A stretch of DNA of 55,311 nucleotides, counting the filler, from Trypethelium eluteriae (lineage: Eukaryota), in assembly GCA_051942245.1 (NCBI GenBank). It is 3 parts of 3 records of this genome, joined end to end, with 100 filler letters (N's around TTAATTAATTAA, not from the genome) between each part and the next. Parts side by side here need not be neighbours in the genome. Positions count along the whole stretch, not along the records: positions 1 to 18,386 come from JAVECL010000568.1; positions 18,487 to 36,866 come from JAVECL010000569.1; 1 more part is not named here. One strand, written 5' to 3'. A program made the translations under genes and the position numbers. Below, one piece after another: positions 13,279-24,792 of this stretch. The first letter of the stretch is position 1. Each line of letters starts with the position of its first letter. Under the pieces are notes generated by a model. It did no database searches, was not told the DNA's origin, and was given only the letters and a program-made list of their open reading frames with translations.

Positions 13279-16200
13279 ATGTCGAAGCGCATAGCAGAGA
13301 CCCAGATGGGTCGAGAGCCAAATCAGTCCTCGGATGGTTTCACGACTCCCAACGATACACCGAAACAAGCGACGGCGGCGCAACTGGCTGCGCGGAAGTA
13401 AGTGGATCCATTAGCAATGAATGGCAAAACACAACAATACCTCGAGTCAAGACAATAGGCGGGTGATAGGTCCTAGTCTGCTAGATCCCTGTTGCATTGC
13501 GCCTATTGTTGATATTGCTTGATGAATTGCAAAACCCCTCTTCACCGACACTTGAACAATTCTTCGATTCTCAGCTGTCATATTATTGAACTCTTCCGCT
13601 GACCATGACCCTCTCTGCGGGTGTCTAGGATCAAGGCTTTCAAGAAGCCAAGCGCTCGTGCCGGCAGGTCCTTTCACACTCCGAACACCTCGCTCCAGCC
13701 GTCCGGCTTCGAAAACCTGAATTTCAGCGCTCCGAATCACAACACCACCGCCGGTTCCAGTTCGCCATCACAACCATTCCCCACTTCACAGCCTCACCAA
13801 CCGAACGGTGGCTTTCAGTTCGGATTTTCCCAGCCTCCGGCAGCACCACAGACGAACGGCTTTAACAATTCAATTTCCTCATCGTTTCCACCTACAACCG
13901 TACCTCAGTCACAATCACATAACTTTGCACCGACTTCGACAAGCTTCTCTTTCGGTTCTAGCCAGACTTCTACCCAACTCAATCCATTTGCAAATTTGAA
14001 CGGCTCGAGCGCGCCGAATAACAACGTCTCGGGTTTCTCTGGATCCTTGTTCAACCTGCCTGCGCCCACTGCAAACTCCAGACAAAATCAACAGTCAGAG
14101 GACAAATCTACAGAACCTCGAGCACCTACCTCACAGTCACAATCCAACAACCTCGTACCGACAACTTCCAGCTTCCCATTCACATCCAACCAAGAACAGC
14201 CAGTCAACACCAATCCATTCGCGAATCTGAACGGTCTCAATACTTCTCATCAAAACAATACTCCAGCCACCTCTCAGTCCATATTCAACTTTAGTTCAAA
14301 TAACCAAGTGCAGAACAAGCCTTCCGGGCAACCTACACTTGCGGAGAAGTCATCCACAAATATCAACGGCGAAGCTAAATTTGAAAACACGACCGATATG
14401 TCCAATCCTTTCAAGATGCCTTTCGGTACACAAGGTTTCGGACAAGCCGGCCAGTCTCCAGCCAAGCCCTCGGAACAGACAACAGGCGAGGCTGCCTCAT
14501 CTACAGGTCTTGCTAGCGCAGGCGGCGTTAAGCCGGGCACGCCCACTTCTTTTTTTAAGACAGCAGGCTTTGGTACTGGCAACCAGACGCAAGACAAGCC
14601 ATCGCAGCAAGGTTCCTCCTTCTCCGGGGCGTTTCCTTCAACACCATGCTTCGGTCAAGCAAACCAGGACCAGAACAAGCCGTTGGCGCAATCTGGCCTA
14701 TTTCCTAACCCAGCCACTTCTACACCGAGCTTCGGCTCAGCAAAGCCTGATCAGAAATCATCCGAGCAACCTGCTTCGTCATTCAAAGCCACCTCTACAG
14801 TGCCGGGCCTCGGCTTAGCAACTCCTGCTAAAGCAGGCTCCTCTTTCAAACCAACCACTTCGATGGCGAGCTTTGGCTCAGCAACTCCTGCTCCAGCAGG
14901 TTCGTTTTTCAAACCAACCACTTCGACTGCGGGCTTTGGTTCAGCAACTCCTGCTCAAGCAGGTTCATTTTTCAAACCAACCACTTCGACGGCGAGCTTT
15001 GGCTCAGCGATCGCGGATCAGAAGACATCAACGGAGCAATCTAGTCCGTTGTTCAAACCGACCTCTTCACTAGCAGGCTTCGGTTCAGCAAATCCCGATC
15101 AGAAGAAATCATCACACCAACCGGAGCCGTTGTTCAAACCGACGACTCCAACGCCAGGTTTCGGTCAAGCAGATTCGAATCAGAACAAGTCATCAGAACA
15201 AGGCAAAAAGGCTTTCATACCCACCACCTCGTCCACTGGCTTTGGTCAAGCAGATTCGGATCAGAACAAGTCATCAGAACAAGGCAAGAAGGCTTTCATG
15301 CCCACTACTTCGTCCACTGGCTTTGGTCAGGGCAGTGTGAATCACTCATTTTTCAAACCGGTATCTTCACTCAACGGTTTCGGTCAAGCTCAGAGCTTTT
15401 TCAAACCAACAACTTCGAGCACAAGTTTCGGTCAAGCCAAGCAGGAAGAGAAACAGTCGTCAGAGCAAGCCCAGAACTTTTTCAAACCAACGACTTCGAG
15501 CACAAGTTTCGATCAAGCGGAGCAGGGTAAGAAAAAGCTCTCGGAGAACGCGAAGAGATTCTTCTTTCCAACAAATTCGACCCCAAGTTTCGGTCAAGCG
15601 AACCAAGATCAGAATAGACTATCAGAGCAGGCCAGTCAGTTTTTCAAGCCAACATCCTCAATCGCCGCTTTTGGTCGAGGCAATATCGACCAGAACAAGC
15701 CCTCAGAGGAAACTGGCTCGTTGTTCCCGAAGCCCGCGACTACAAGTTTTGGTCAAAACCGTGCAGAACAGGACAAGGCTTCTGAATCACCTACGACTCC
15801 GAAGAATTCATTTGCGGCTCTCCAAGGCACACACACCTCGAAAAACGACCAACCTCTTTCCTCTAGCTCTGTTATCAACCCTCCACCATCTTCAGCAGCA
15901 TCGACCTTTGGTCAACAACCAGCGAGCATGGTAAGTTAGGCTAAATATATTTGAAAGTGTTTCTTTTCTTTCTCGATTCCAAAATTGTTGTGACAGCGTT
16001 GGTCCCCAAGAGTTTCAGAGAGTGGTGACATTGTCACACTCCTTTACTTTCAAACATACCAATCATGGCATCATATCGTCGTTTTCTCTCCAATCCTGCT
16101 GGATTTGTCATATGCTTCTGATGTATCTAGCTTACCTGGTTTCATGGATTCTCACAAATCATTCACTACTACACTATGCTAATTCGAATTCTTACAACAG

Positions 16201-18386
16201 TTTTCCACTCCTAAACCCGCGCAGAATCAGTCTTCAGCGCCTGAAGTGCAGCCCACAAGCTCCTTTCAAAGCACTTCAGCACCTACGTCAGAGAGCAGTG
16301 TGTCGTACGGAGAGCTCTTAGCGGCTGTAAACGAGGGCCTGCAAGAACATCTTCAGAAACAGCCCACGACAGCTGAGTGGTCGCAAATCATGAAAACCTA
16401 TCTTCAGATCGTTGAAGATATCAAGGCATCCAATGCTCCTTCGCACTCTACTGCAGAAACAGCCAAAGAGAATGCAGCCTCTGCACCACAAAATGGACCG
16501 GTCAGTGGCCAAGCCACGGCGACACCGGAGAAGTCGAGCAACGTATTCCAATCTACCCGTCCTTCCGATTCTGGACTCAATTTTCTTGGGGCAGGTAACA
16601 AACGTAAGGCGGATGAGGATATCTCTCGAAACGAGGAAGGCGGGTCATTCAGTGCTAAGAGACCAAAATCACCTCCTTCGAGCTTGACCCCAACACCGAA
16701 GGCTAGTGCCAACACAGACGAATCATCGGAGACTTCCAGTTTGATGAAGAACATTGTTGGTGATCACATGCAGGTTGATCAGGATCCCCAGAAACAAAGC
16801 ACGGCGTCTTCATTTGGTAATTTCGGACAGCCATCAGAGGCAAAACGGGACACAAACAATAATATTCTCAAATCTTCTTCGTCGACTACCTTTGGCTCGA
16901 CGTCCAATTCAAGTTCGCCCTTCAATTCAGGAAAGGAGAACAAACCACCAGCTACGGGATGGGGTAGGGTCGAATCCGAGCCTCGAACCAGCAGTTTCAG
17001 CAAACTGTATGAGAAAACAGATGAATATCTCACATCAGGCTCGAACAGACCTACGCCCAGCTTGCTGAAAGGAGGGTATGCACCAAAGTCAACATCACCT
17101 ACAAGTCCACCGCCCTCGTCAAAGCGCGGTTTTGGTGAAATGTCCAGCGATGATGACGGCTCGGGATCAGAAAAGGACGATGCCGAACCAAATGAGACAA
17201 AGAAGGCAAAGGTATCGAATGACGAACCCCCAAAAGTAACGAAATCGTTTCAATCAGGAGCAAAGCCAGCTGAGCAGGGCTTTTTCACCCCTCTGCCGGT
17301 GAAGACGAATTCGTTCGCTTCGTCAGGTGACTCAATTTTCAAACAATCACAGACTGTCCGGCCTACAAAGACAGGTTCGTTCACTTCCTCTGGCCACTCG
17401 GTTTTTAGTCAGCCTCAGGCTACCCAGCCAGCGAAAATGAGTTCATTCGCTACATCCGGTCAATCAATCTTTAGTCAACCTCAAGCCAAACCAGCTGCAA
17501 TGACTGAGAATCTCTTCGGACATCTGGGAAAGAAGCAGGACAATGCTACTGACTTCGATGATGGAGAAGGATCGGATGACGAGACTCTTGAAAGTGCTGC
17601 TCACAAAGCGAAGAGCAGTCCTCCCAGCGAGATTGCTCCTGTTTCGTCAAGCCAAGGCAAAAGTCTTTTCGACCGAATTCAAGCAGGCCCAGATGGCAAA
17701 CCCTTGAAAGCACAGATTGAGAAGCCGGAACAGCCAAGTCTCTTTGCCAAAGCCTCCCCAGCATTCCAGAATAATCTCTTCGGGATCGGCACAAACAAAC
17801 CTGCGGTTGGATCAGAGAAAGTCGCTCCATTTGGCACAATCTCTTCTCCAGCTAAGGAAAAGTCTTCGACCGAGCCAGGAAAGGCTACCCCATTCGGCGA
17901 ATCTGCTCGTCCGGCCAAGAGCAACGTCTTCGGGTTTGATAAAAACAAACCAGCGCTCGAGAGCGGCAATTCGAAATTGTTCGGCAATGCCAGTAGATCA
18001 AGCAGCATCTTTGGGTTCGACAAGAACAAACCTGCTCCGGAGTCAGAGAAATCGACTACCGTCGAGCAAAGTTCGTCGTCCACCCCAAGCAAAGGCAGTC
18101 TTTTTGGATTTGAGAAGAGTCAAGGCTCTGTCGGTGATTTCACTTGGAAACCGGATAGTCCCGTTCGATTCAACAACAGCAGCAACACTCCCACCCAGCC
18201 GACCTTCAAGTACACCGCTCCAACACCCACGAATTCCACAGAAAACCCCGATGCCGGTGCTCCGAATGGCGACGAGCTTTTCAGCAACCCGGACGAGGAC
18301 GACGTTACCCCTTCCAAGACCAGCGCCGACGCCAGCGCCAACGACAGAACGCCTACACCCACCGGAATTAGCGGAGGGGCCATCGC
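13279..18386 (+). CDS. NUP2: Nup2/Nup50-family nucleoporin, 3'-truncated at assembly gap
   Basis: Exon 1 13279-13397 gives MSKRIAETQMGRE...ATAAQLAARK|IKAFKK (NUP50 importin-alpha-binding N-terminus). Exons 13629-15930 and 16201-18386 are rich in FG/FxFG/NPF and S/T. The expected C-terminal RanBP1 domain is not present before the gap. Confidence 0.85.
14818..15006 (+). repeat. Coding tandem repeat, 3 x 63 nt (ATPAxAGSxFKPTTSxAxFGS)
   Basis: Units start at 14818, 14881 and 14944 (gcaactcctgct...ttcaaaccaaccacttcga...tttggytca). Confidence 0.9.
15163..15324 (+). repeat. Coding tandem repeat, 2 x 81 nt (GQADSxQNKSSEQGKKAFxPTTSSTGF), with degenerate copies on both sides
   Basis: Near-identical units start at 15163 and 15244. 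Confidence 0.9.
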
Positions 18387-18486
18387 NNNNNNNNNNNNNN
18401 NNNNNNNNNNNNNNNNNNNNNNNNNNNNNNTTAATTAATTAANNNNNNNNNNNNNNNNNNNNNNNNNNNNNNNNNNNNNNNNNNNN
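18387..18486. other. Artificial contig-joining spacer (N44-TTAATTAATTAA-N44)
   Basis: Palindromic 12-mer with stops in all six frames, flanked by equal N runs; an identical copy lies at 36867. Confidence 0.97.
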
Positions 18487-20786
18487 TACGTAGGTCCTCA
18501 TTTTACTAGTTAATTAGGTTTTTTACTGTCCTCATTTTCGATGAGGTTTATATAGAGCCCTTATCTCAGGTTACACAGAGAAATTAATCGAGTCCTTTTC
18601 TCCGAAAACGGTGTCTAACATCATCAATGAGGTCTATACGACGCTTGCGAGCGTTAACATCTGTGATAGAGCAAGCCCCACAAAGGCTGCGGTAGATGGT
18701 GCAATGATAAATTCCTCGGATGCAGAAAAGTTCGGAATCTCCTGATTGAATATGCAATCAGATGAAGAAAAGGAAGTGATCTTCAGTGCCCTGTCTCATT
18801 CGTCTTAGCAACGTGGCACAGTTTTGGGATCGCAAAAGATCCGCTGCATTGAAAACGTCATGAGCACAAGGGTTCGTTCATACTTTGAGTCACTTGCATA
18901 TTTTTTTCAAGCCTCTGACATCTTGGATGCAGCATCTCGCAAGCCTTGCAAGACTACCAGCCTGAGCAGCCGACACGCGATCAGCCGATAAGAGGGGGGC
19001 ATGAGTCGCTCACTATCTCTTGATAATTGGCCTGAGCTCAGGCTGTCTTCAGAGCCTACCTATCCGGAGTGCGCCTTTTCTTATCTTATTCCTTCCCGTG
19101 TCTAAGTTTGCTTAAATAAGCCTGAATGGATACTAAATCAAAGAATACAAAGAGGCAGGGAGATACTATTTCAACCCCTTTATCGCTCTCGTTCGCGAAC
19201 GGAGAATCGTGCTTGCGGGGCTCAGGCATCGACTATGGGCAAGCCCCATGTCACTGTTGACAAGATACCTTGCAGTCGGTTACCTGCTGTTGTCGTAGCT
19301 CAAAGTGCCTCACCTTTCCCTTGATTCTCCGACATGCACGCCTTTTAGGTCTATCCTCAACGTTTGTTGATCCAAAATCCTCGTTGCACTTCTGGATAGT
19401 GTCGCATTTAGTTGTATTATCCCTAGTGGATACAGTAACATTGCTGTACCTGGCGATTTCGTTCGCTTTGAATCGGTGTTCTGAGATTGTGCAAGAGGCT
19501 TCGACCGCGACTATCTCGCTGAAGAAAGCTTTTCAAAGCGGCCTCCCGAAAATTCTACGAGGCCACAATTTTCAAGCACCGTGGCCAACAAGGCGCGAGA
19601 ACTAAGTCCATCAGAAATGCTCATTGTGAAACTACAGGTAGATAGAGTTCGAAGGCTAGAAGTGATAGTGCTGAACGAATTAAGCAGTGGGAAGATAAGA
19701 GATTGAAATAGAATGATATCGTAGCTATGTTTGCCTTCATTGAGCAACAACTTCTTGTGAGTGGTATCACGCCTTGATCATCGAAAGCAACCCCGTTCAT
19801 TCCTATCTATACAAGAATGCTACTCTATCGATAATGGTACTCTGGCCAACCTTGATAGCCTTTGTGCGCTTAAAATCGGCATTTCAGCCTAATGGCTAAC
19901 CTGTAAATGTCAACAGCAATTGTCTCACTAACGGCTATCGCGAATACAATGCCACCTAAGATTAATCTAGAATCACTAGCGACTCAGTAACATATAGAGT
20001 CTTGCCAATAGCAAACTTCATCCGAATTATCCTGTTAAAGATCAACTTGAGGCCTTCCAAATTAGATGTAGCGCAGCTATTCCAAGAGAAACTAGGTAGG
20101 TATCTTACATACGATAGTCCTCAACCTAAATTTCCACATACACCAAGAATCCAAGAGACCTTCATCAACGTATTTTTCAGCATATCCGAAGTTTCCCAAG
20201 AGCGAAGGCATGACGGTATGACTGGTCATCTCTGATCGGTTAACCACCGAACATTGACTCAGCTGTATCAGAACCTGCAAGGTCCACGTTAGTTGCATCG
20301 AAAGGAATATCAGATTGATACTTATGGAGAAGTTTTCAGGGGTTCTAGAGTAATTCCTTCGGTTTTTATTCGCTAATATTCTTATGTAAATTTGTCAAAT
20401 AGATCTGAGAGGTTTTACAGGTATTAAAGGATGCCGTAGATATGTAACGCAGAAGGATGGTGTACGTAGATGTGCACAGGTCCATCCCGAGTCTAAACAT
20501 ACTTACCTACCTAAGCTACCTAGGTACCTAAGGTAATGTGCCTAGTAAGGTTTGGTATCCACAGGTACCTTGCCTTAAAGTACGCCTAACTCAGTCACAC
20601 GGCTTGTACACTTGACCTTCCGTGTTCTTCCATGACAGACTTGTATTTTTAGAATCCTAGATTATACCCAGCACAGGATAGAAACTCCCTAATAAAACTA
20701 GGGAGTCCATAGAAACAATGTCTTGAATTTGAGACCACCAGTCCTATCAATTAGAAAAGAACTGTGAAGGCCCTCGAGAGTCCGCA

Positions 20787-21882
20787 TCATCTGTGAAATC
20801 CACTATGTGCATCCACTTGCCTGACCTTCAACGCCGCTCCTCCTGAGGCGTTACTAGACGCATTCACAACCCTATCAATCATATTGGAGAGATCGGATGT
20901 CGTGATCTGATCAGTTGGTCTCTGCCATCCCAACTCAGTAGGCAAGCGCTCATGATCTACAAGCACGCTAGGTCAGTCAAGAGGAATAAAGAAGCCCGAG
21001 AAGCCCGAGTTTCTGGGTTGAATGAAAGCATTACTTCAAACTTACTGAAGAGATATTCCACGAAAGACCTGTTCACTAACCCGGCGGTCTTATCACCAAG
21101 AACAATAATATAGGCAGCAGTCTCCCCGACGCTGAACTCTGTACCCAACTGGGAAAAGCCAAAAGTCGGGTTCGTAGCATTGGATGTTCGAACCCGAGCT
21201 AATCGAGCATTGGCGCCGGCTTGCACGTCGATGATAGGTTTCGTCCAGTATGACCTCGTTTCGTCAAAGACTGTTTGATTGAAGGTGTGATCGTCTCCAA
21301 AGTAATAGTCTGCACGACTACATGCCGTGAAGTTAGTCGCTATGGCCAGAACGCTTCTTCATGCTTTAGGGTAAAGATCAGGAGAAGGAGCATAGGGGAA
21401 TTGGTAGAAAGAAGTTTGGTTGAGACATCAGATTTTCGCCACGACCTATTTCTTGATACAACAACGTAGATTACGAACTCACCTCAAGCTTGCGTCATGC
21501 TCTAGAATATCATGTCGGTCAAGATTCTCAAGGGAGAATGTTGTAGCATTAGGTGCTGGGTTGGTAGTAACTGCGTTGTCAAACAGGAATTGTGCAAGGC
21601 TTTGATTGATGTTCAAGGCAGAGTTTAGAGCGTTGACTGTGTCCACTGCAGATATACCCTTCCCACTGTGAGGCAGGAAGCCATGGTTTGCTAAAGTGTT
21701 GAGCATGGGACATGGACCTCGCACTGTCAAGTTCAGTAATTGAATCATATTCATTGTAACCTTGACAGAGCCATACCATCATTTGGACCCGATGGTGCCC
21801 AGGGCAAAGAAGAGGGATGATACCAGGAAGGATGAGCAAGTACTGGGGCGACAGAGATGACGGTAAAGACGCCAAACTTCAT
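20787..21882 (-). CDS. Secreted heme-thiolate peroxidase (short unspecific peroxygenase/chloroperoxidase family), about 262 aa
   Basis: Exons 21882-21777, 21723-21483, 21317-21046, 20956-20787. Signal peptide MKFGVFTVISVAPVLA, proximal RGPCPMLNTLANHG, EHDASLSRAD, and C-terminal ERLPTELGW. Confidence 0.93.
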
Positions 21883-22746
21883 CTTGCGAAATTCCTTTAC
21901 AACTGTCGTATAGCGAGCTGAAACCGCGTTTCGATTCGAAACTTTTGTGATAACTTCGCTGTACTTGCCTTAGGATGCTCAATCAAGTTTCCACGACACC
22001 GGGAAAAATGAGACTTTAAATAAGCATGCTCACTGTCATGCAGACGGAGCAGCAATCACTTATCCGACTTGTATAAGGGAGGCGCAGCGTATCCTTACGG
22101 AGATTGCATAGTACATGAACGGAGAATGGCAGAGTGCCGTAGAGACGGCACAGCATGGCACCGTCTTCGATTGACCTTCAGGAGTAATCTCTCTTTGGCT
22201 GAATGCTCGGATCCTTCAGCTTATCTGCAGATAGACGCTCCTTAGCTTTTCAGTTTATTGGGTGGAAAGTACGCGTAACAGAGCACAGCCCTGAACGCAA
22301 AGTGCAGCCGGATAAACACCACGAAATGCATGAGGCGTCGGGACTTACCGCGATCCGCTGACGTCCGACTCTAACAACAAAAGGAAAGGAGTGCGAACTT
22401 ATACGACGGTTAAACGGGCCGAAGCAGGCACCCAGGCACCCACGGCACCCAAGCACCACCGCACGGTCACCACGGTGCTTGTTTCTACTACCTAGCTACC
22501 GAATCCTACAGGGGACGCGTTTCAGACCAAACCCCACTTCCTGATCTCCCCATAAGCTCAATATTCAATGATCATCTACGGAGGTACGTTTGACTCAATC
22601 TCAATCTCAGAGGAAATCTACACGGCGGTAGCTAAGCTTGGACTGGAGCGCGTTGGAGGTTTCAATAAGTTCACAAGGCTAGACATCTTATATCACTGAT
22701 ATTATTTCTGTTTCAATTCCGGCTTTTGCGGCTAGTCGTCTAAATA

Positions 22747-24054
22747 CTAATGCTTTTCTTGCTCGATGGACTTAACTTCCTCTAGCTTCTGCACGACGGA
22801 AGGCTCGTTTCCATTAGAAGAGCTTGCGCTTCCTGCTTTCAAAGCTTCGTCATCCGAGCCGCAGTCATCGTCGTTGCTTTCGTGAACCATTATTTGAGCC
22901 TTTTGAGAGGCTTTTAGGTCTTTCAATTGCCCTCCTTTCCTTTTTGGCATGACTTGGAGAAAAGCTTCGCCCCAGTCTCCAGATTCGAGCCATTTCAGCA
23001 TAATCTCAGCTACATGATTCGTAGCAAGGATCTTTCTACTATTCATTGTCATAAAATCTCCAATAGGTAGCCGCGCTGTCTTGATCCCTCGATCCATAGC
23101 TCTCTTGTAGCAAATACCCTTGTGCCTGTTCTTGTCCACTAGACCCCCAATGATGTAGGTACTGTAAGGCTTGAGCTCACGTAGAGTGTTATCACTTTCG
23201 CTGGACAAATAGATGATCTCCCCCTGCTGCTTGAAAATGTCTGTAGAAGTACCTTCATTTTGGTGCTTGAGCAGTGCGCCATCCAATTCTTCATCCTCCT
23301 CGCTTTGCATCCATTCTCTGGCTCGTTCAGAAGCCTCGACGAAATCACCTTCGATCCACCTCATGCCTCTCCACGACTCGTGGGTTTTGCGCAGAAGATT
23401 GTCGAATCTCTCCTTCAAGAAGCCGCCCCAGGAAGAAACAGCCAAGTGTGCCTTCAGCCTCGCATTCCTATTATCCGAGTAGCAGCGCGTGATCTGACTG
23501 CCGAGGGATATACGTTCATTCTCAGTCATCAGATCGTCAAAACTGCAGTCAAGGATGATGGTGACCGGCAATTGCAAATTCTGGCGCTTTGTTCTGTCAT
23601 GGTTCTGCGCCTTGCTTTTTGGCTTAGGGATACTGGATCCTGAGTCTGAGGCTTGAGTAGCCTTCGACGCGCGGTCACGCTTCTTTTTCTCGACAGCCTT
23701 TTCTTTCCTTTTTATCTTGCGCGCCGTCCTGCCTTCTTCCCAACGTTGCTTTTTGAGAAGTTTTTTCCGCTGGTTCTTGGAAAGTGGCTTGTCCTCTATA
23801 TCTTCTTGAGCATTGATATGGACCATATCTGTCTGAGGTCCTTCAACAGTTCCGTCCATATCACCCTCACCACTGTTACGAGGATTAGGTAACAATGTGG
23901 GCTGATCGATTTGGGCACCCTCATGACTGATCGAATTATATGTGGCTGGGTTGGAGCGGACAATTCCTTGACTATCTATCCTTTCCGAAGGTATACCCTC
24001 AGAACGATCATGAGAAAGCTTCCGAACTTTGCTCGGATGCTCTTCGTCAGCCAT
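22747..24054 (-). CDS. TRM10: tRNA (guanine9-N1)-methyltransferase Trm10
   Basis: SPOUT motifs LDCSFDDLM, QITRCYSDNR, YIIGGLVDKNRHKG, TARLPIG, LATNHV, MPKRK. Confidence 0.95.
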   Translation of the reverse strand: MADEEHPSKVRKLSHDRSEGIPSERIDSQGIVRSNPATYNSISHEGAQIDQPTLLPNPRNSGEGDMDGTVEGPQTDMVHINAQEDIEDKPLSKNQRKKLLKKQRWEEGRTARKIKRKEKAVEKKKRDRASKATQASDSGSSIPKPKSKAQNHDRTKRQNLQLPVTIILDCSFDDLMTENERISLGSQITRCYSDNRNARLKAHLAVSSWGGFLKERFDNLLRKTHESWRGMRWIEGDFVEASERAREWMQSEEDEELDGALLKHQNEGTSTDIFKQQGEIIYLSSESDNTLRELKPYSTYIIGGLVDKNRHKGICYKRAMDRGIKTARLPIGDFMTMNSRKILATNHVAEIMLKWLESGDWGEAFLQVMPKRKGGQLKDLKASQKAQIMVHESNDDDCGSDDEALKAGSASSSNGNEPSVVQKLEEVKSIEQEKH

Positions 24055-24316
24055 GTTCGCGTAGGAAATTTTGCCAGGAAAATGTCAAGGGGAAGGAGCA
24101 GTTACTCTAGCGTGTCTAGGTACCTAAGTGTGACAGGCCACGAGAAGGTCCTTGCTCGTGGCGGCGGGACCTCCGCTCCGCTCTTGCTCTTGACCTTCAG
24201 TCAGGATCACGCTTCGACTCCACTTGATGCACAGGACGGCCCTCTATCTTTGAAAAGCGCATCCTCTTACCCGATCCTAAGATATTCAGTCTTGCATAAC
24301 TCGCTTTCTCCTCATC

Positions 24317-24792
24317 ATGCCTCAGGATATGCCGCCTACGGGCGGCTATGAACCTGTGCAATACAAACGCAATCTTCCCGCTCGCGGCTTCAGGGCTTCT
24401 TACTATCTCATCGGCGTTGGCTTGATCATGACATATGGCTTTTACCGGTTAGGCATAGGCATAAGAGAGCGAAAGTATGGCCATCAATTCGTCTCTAGTC
24501 AAGCAGGCAAGAGCGATGAAACTAACACAATGATCTAGCGAACTTGGCCGTGAGAAGATGTGGTCAAGGATACACCTGATTCCTTTACTACAAGCAGAAG
24601 AAGACCGAGATCAAGTGCGAAGATACCTGGCGGACAAGGCGAGAGAGAAGGAGCTTCTGGGGTCGGAAACGAAGGTCTACCATTCAGACCGGTACGTGTT
24701 GACTGCGGATGTTTACTCATGGGATCGGAATTGACTCCCTTAGCTTCGTGCGGCCTACATTTGCAGCTGTGCCCAAGGATTTGACAAAATGA
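24317..24792 (+). CDS. NDUFA13: NADH:ubiquinone oxidoreductase subunit NDUFA13/GRIM-19 (B16.6)
   Basis: Exons 24317-24474, 24539-24691, 24744-24792. MPQDMPPTGGYEPVQYKRNLP and WSRIHLIPLLQAEEDRD. Confidence 0.95.

Noticed and set aside
14818..15324. Direct repeats as a CRISPR-like array
   Set aside because: Eukaryotic, in-frame multiples of three, no unique spacers; they encode FG repeats.
18431..18442. TTAATTAATTAA palindrome as a biological repeat or target site
   Set aside because: Centred in symmetric N runs and duplicated at 36911; an assembly linker.
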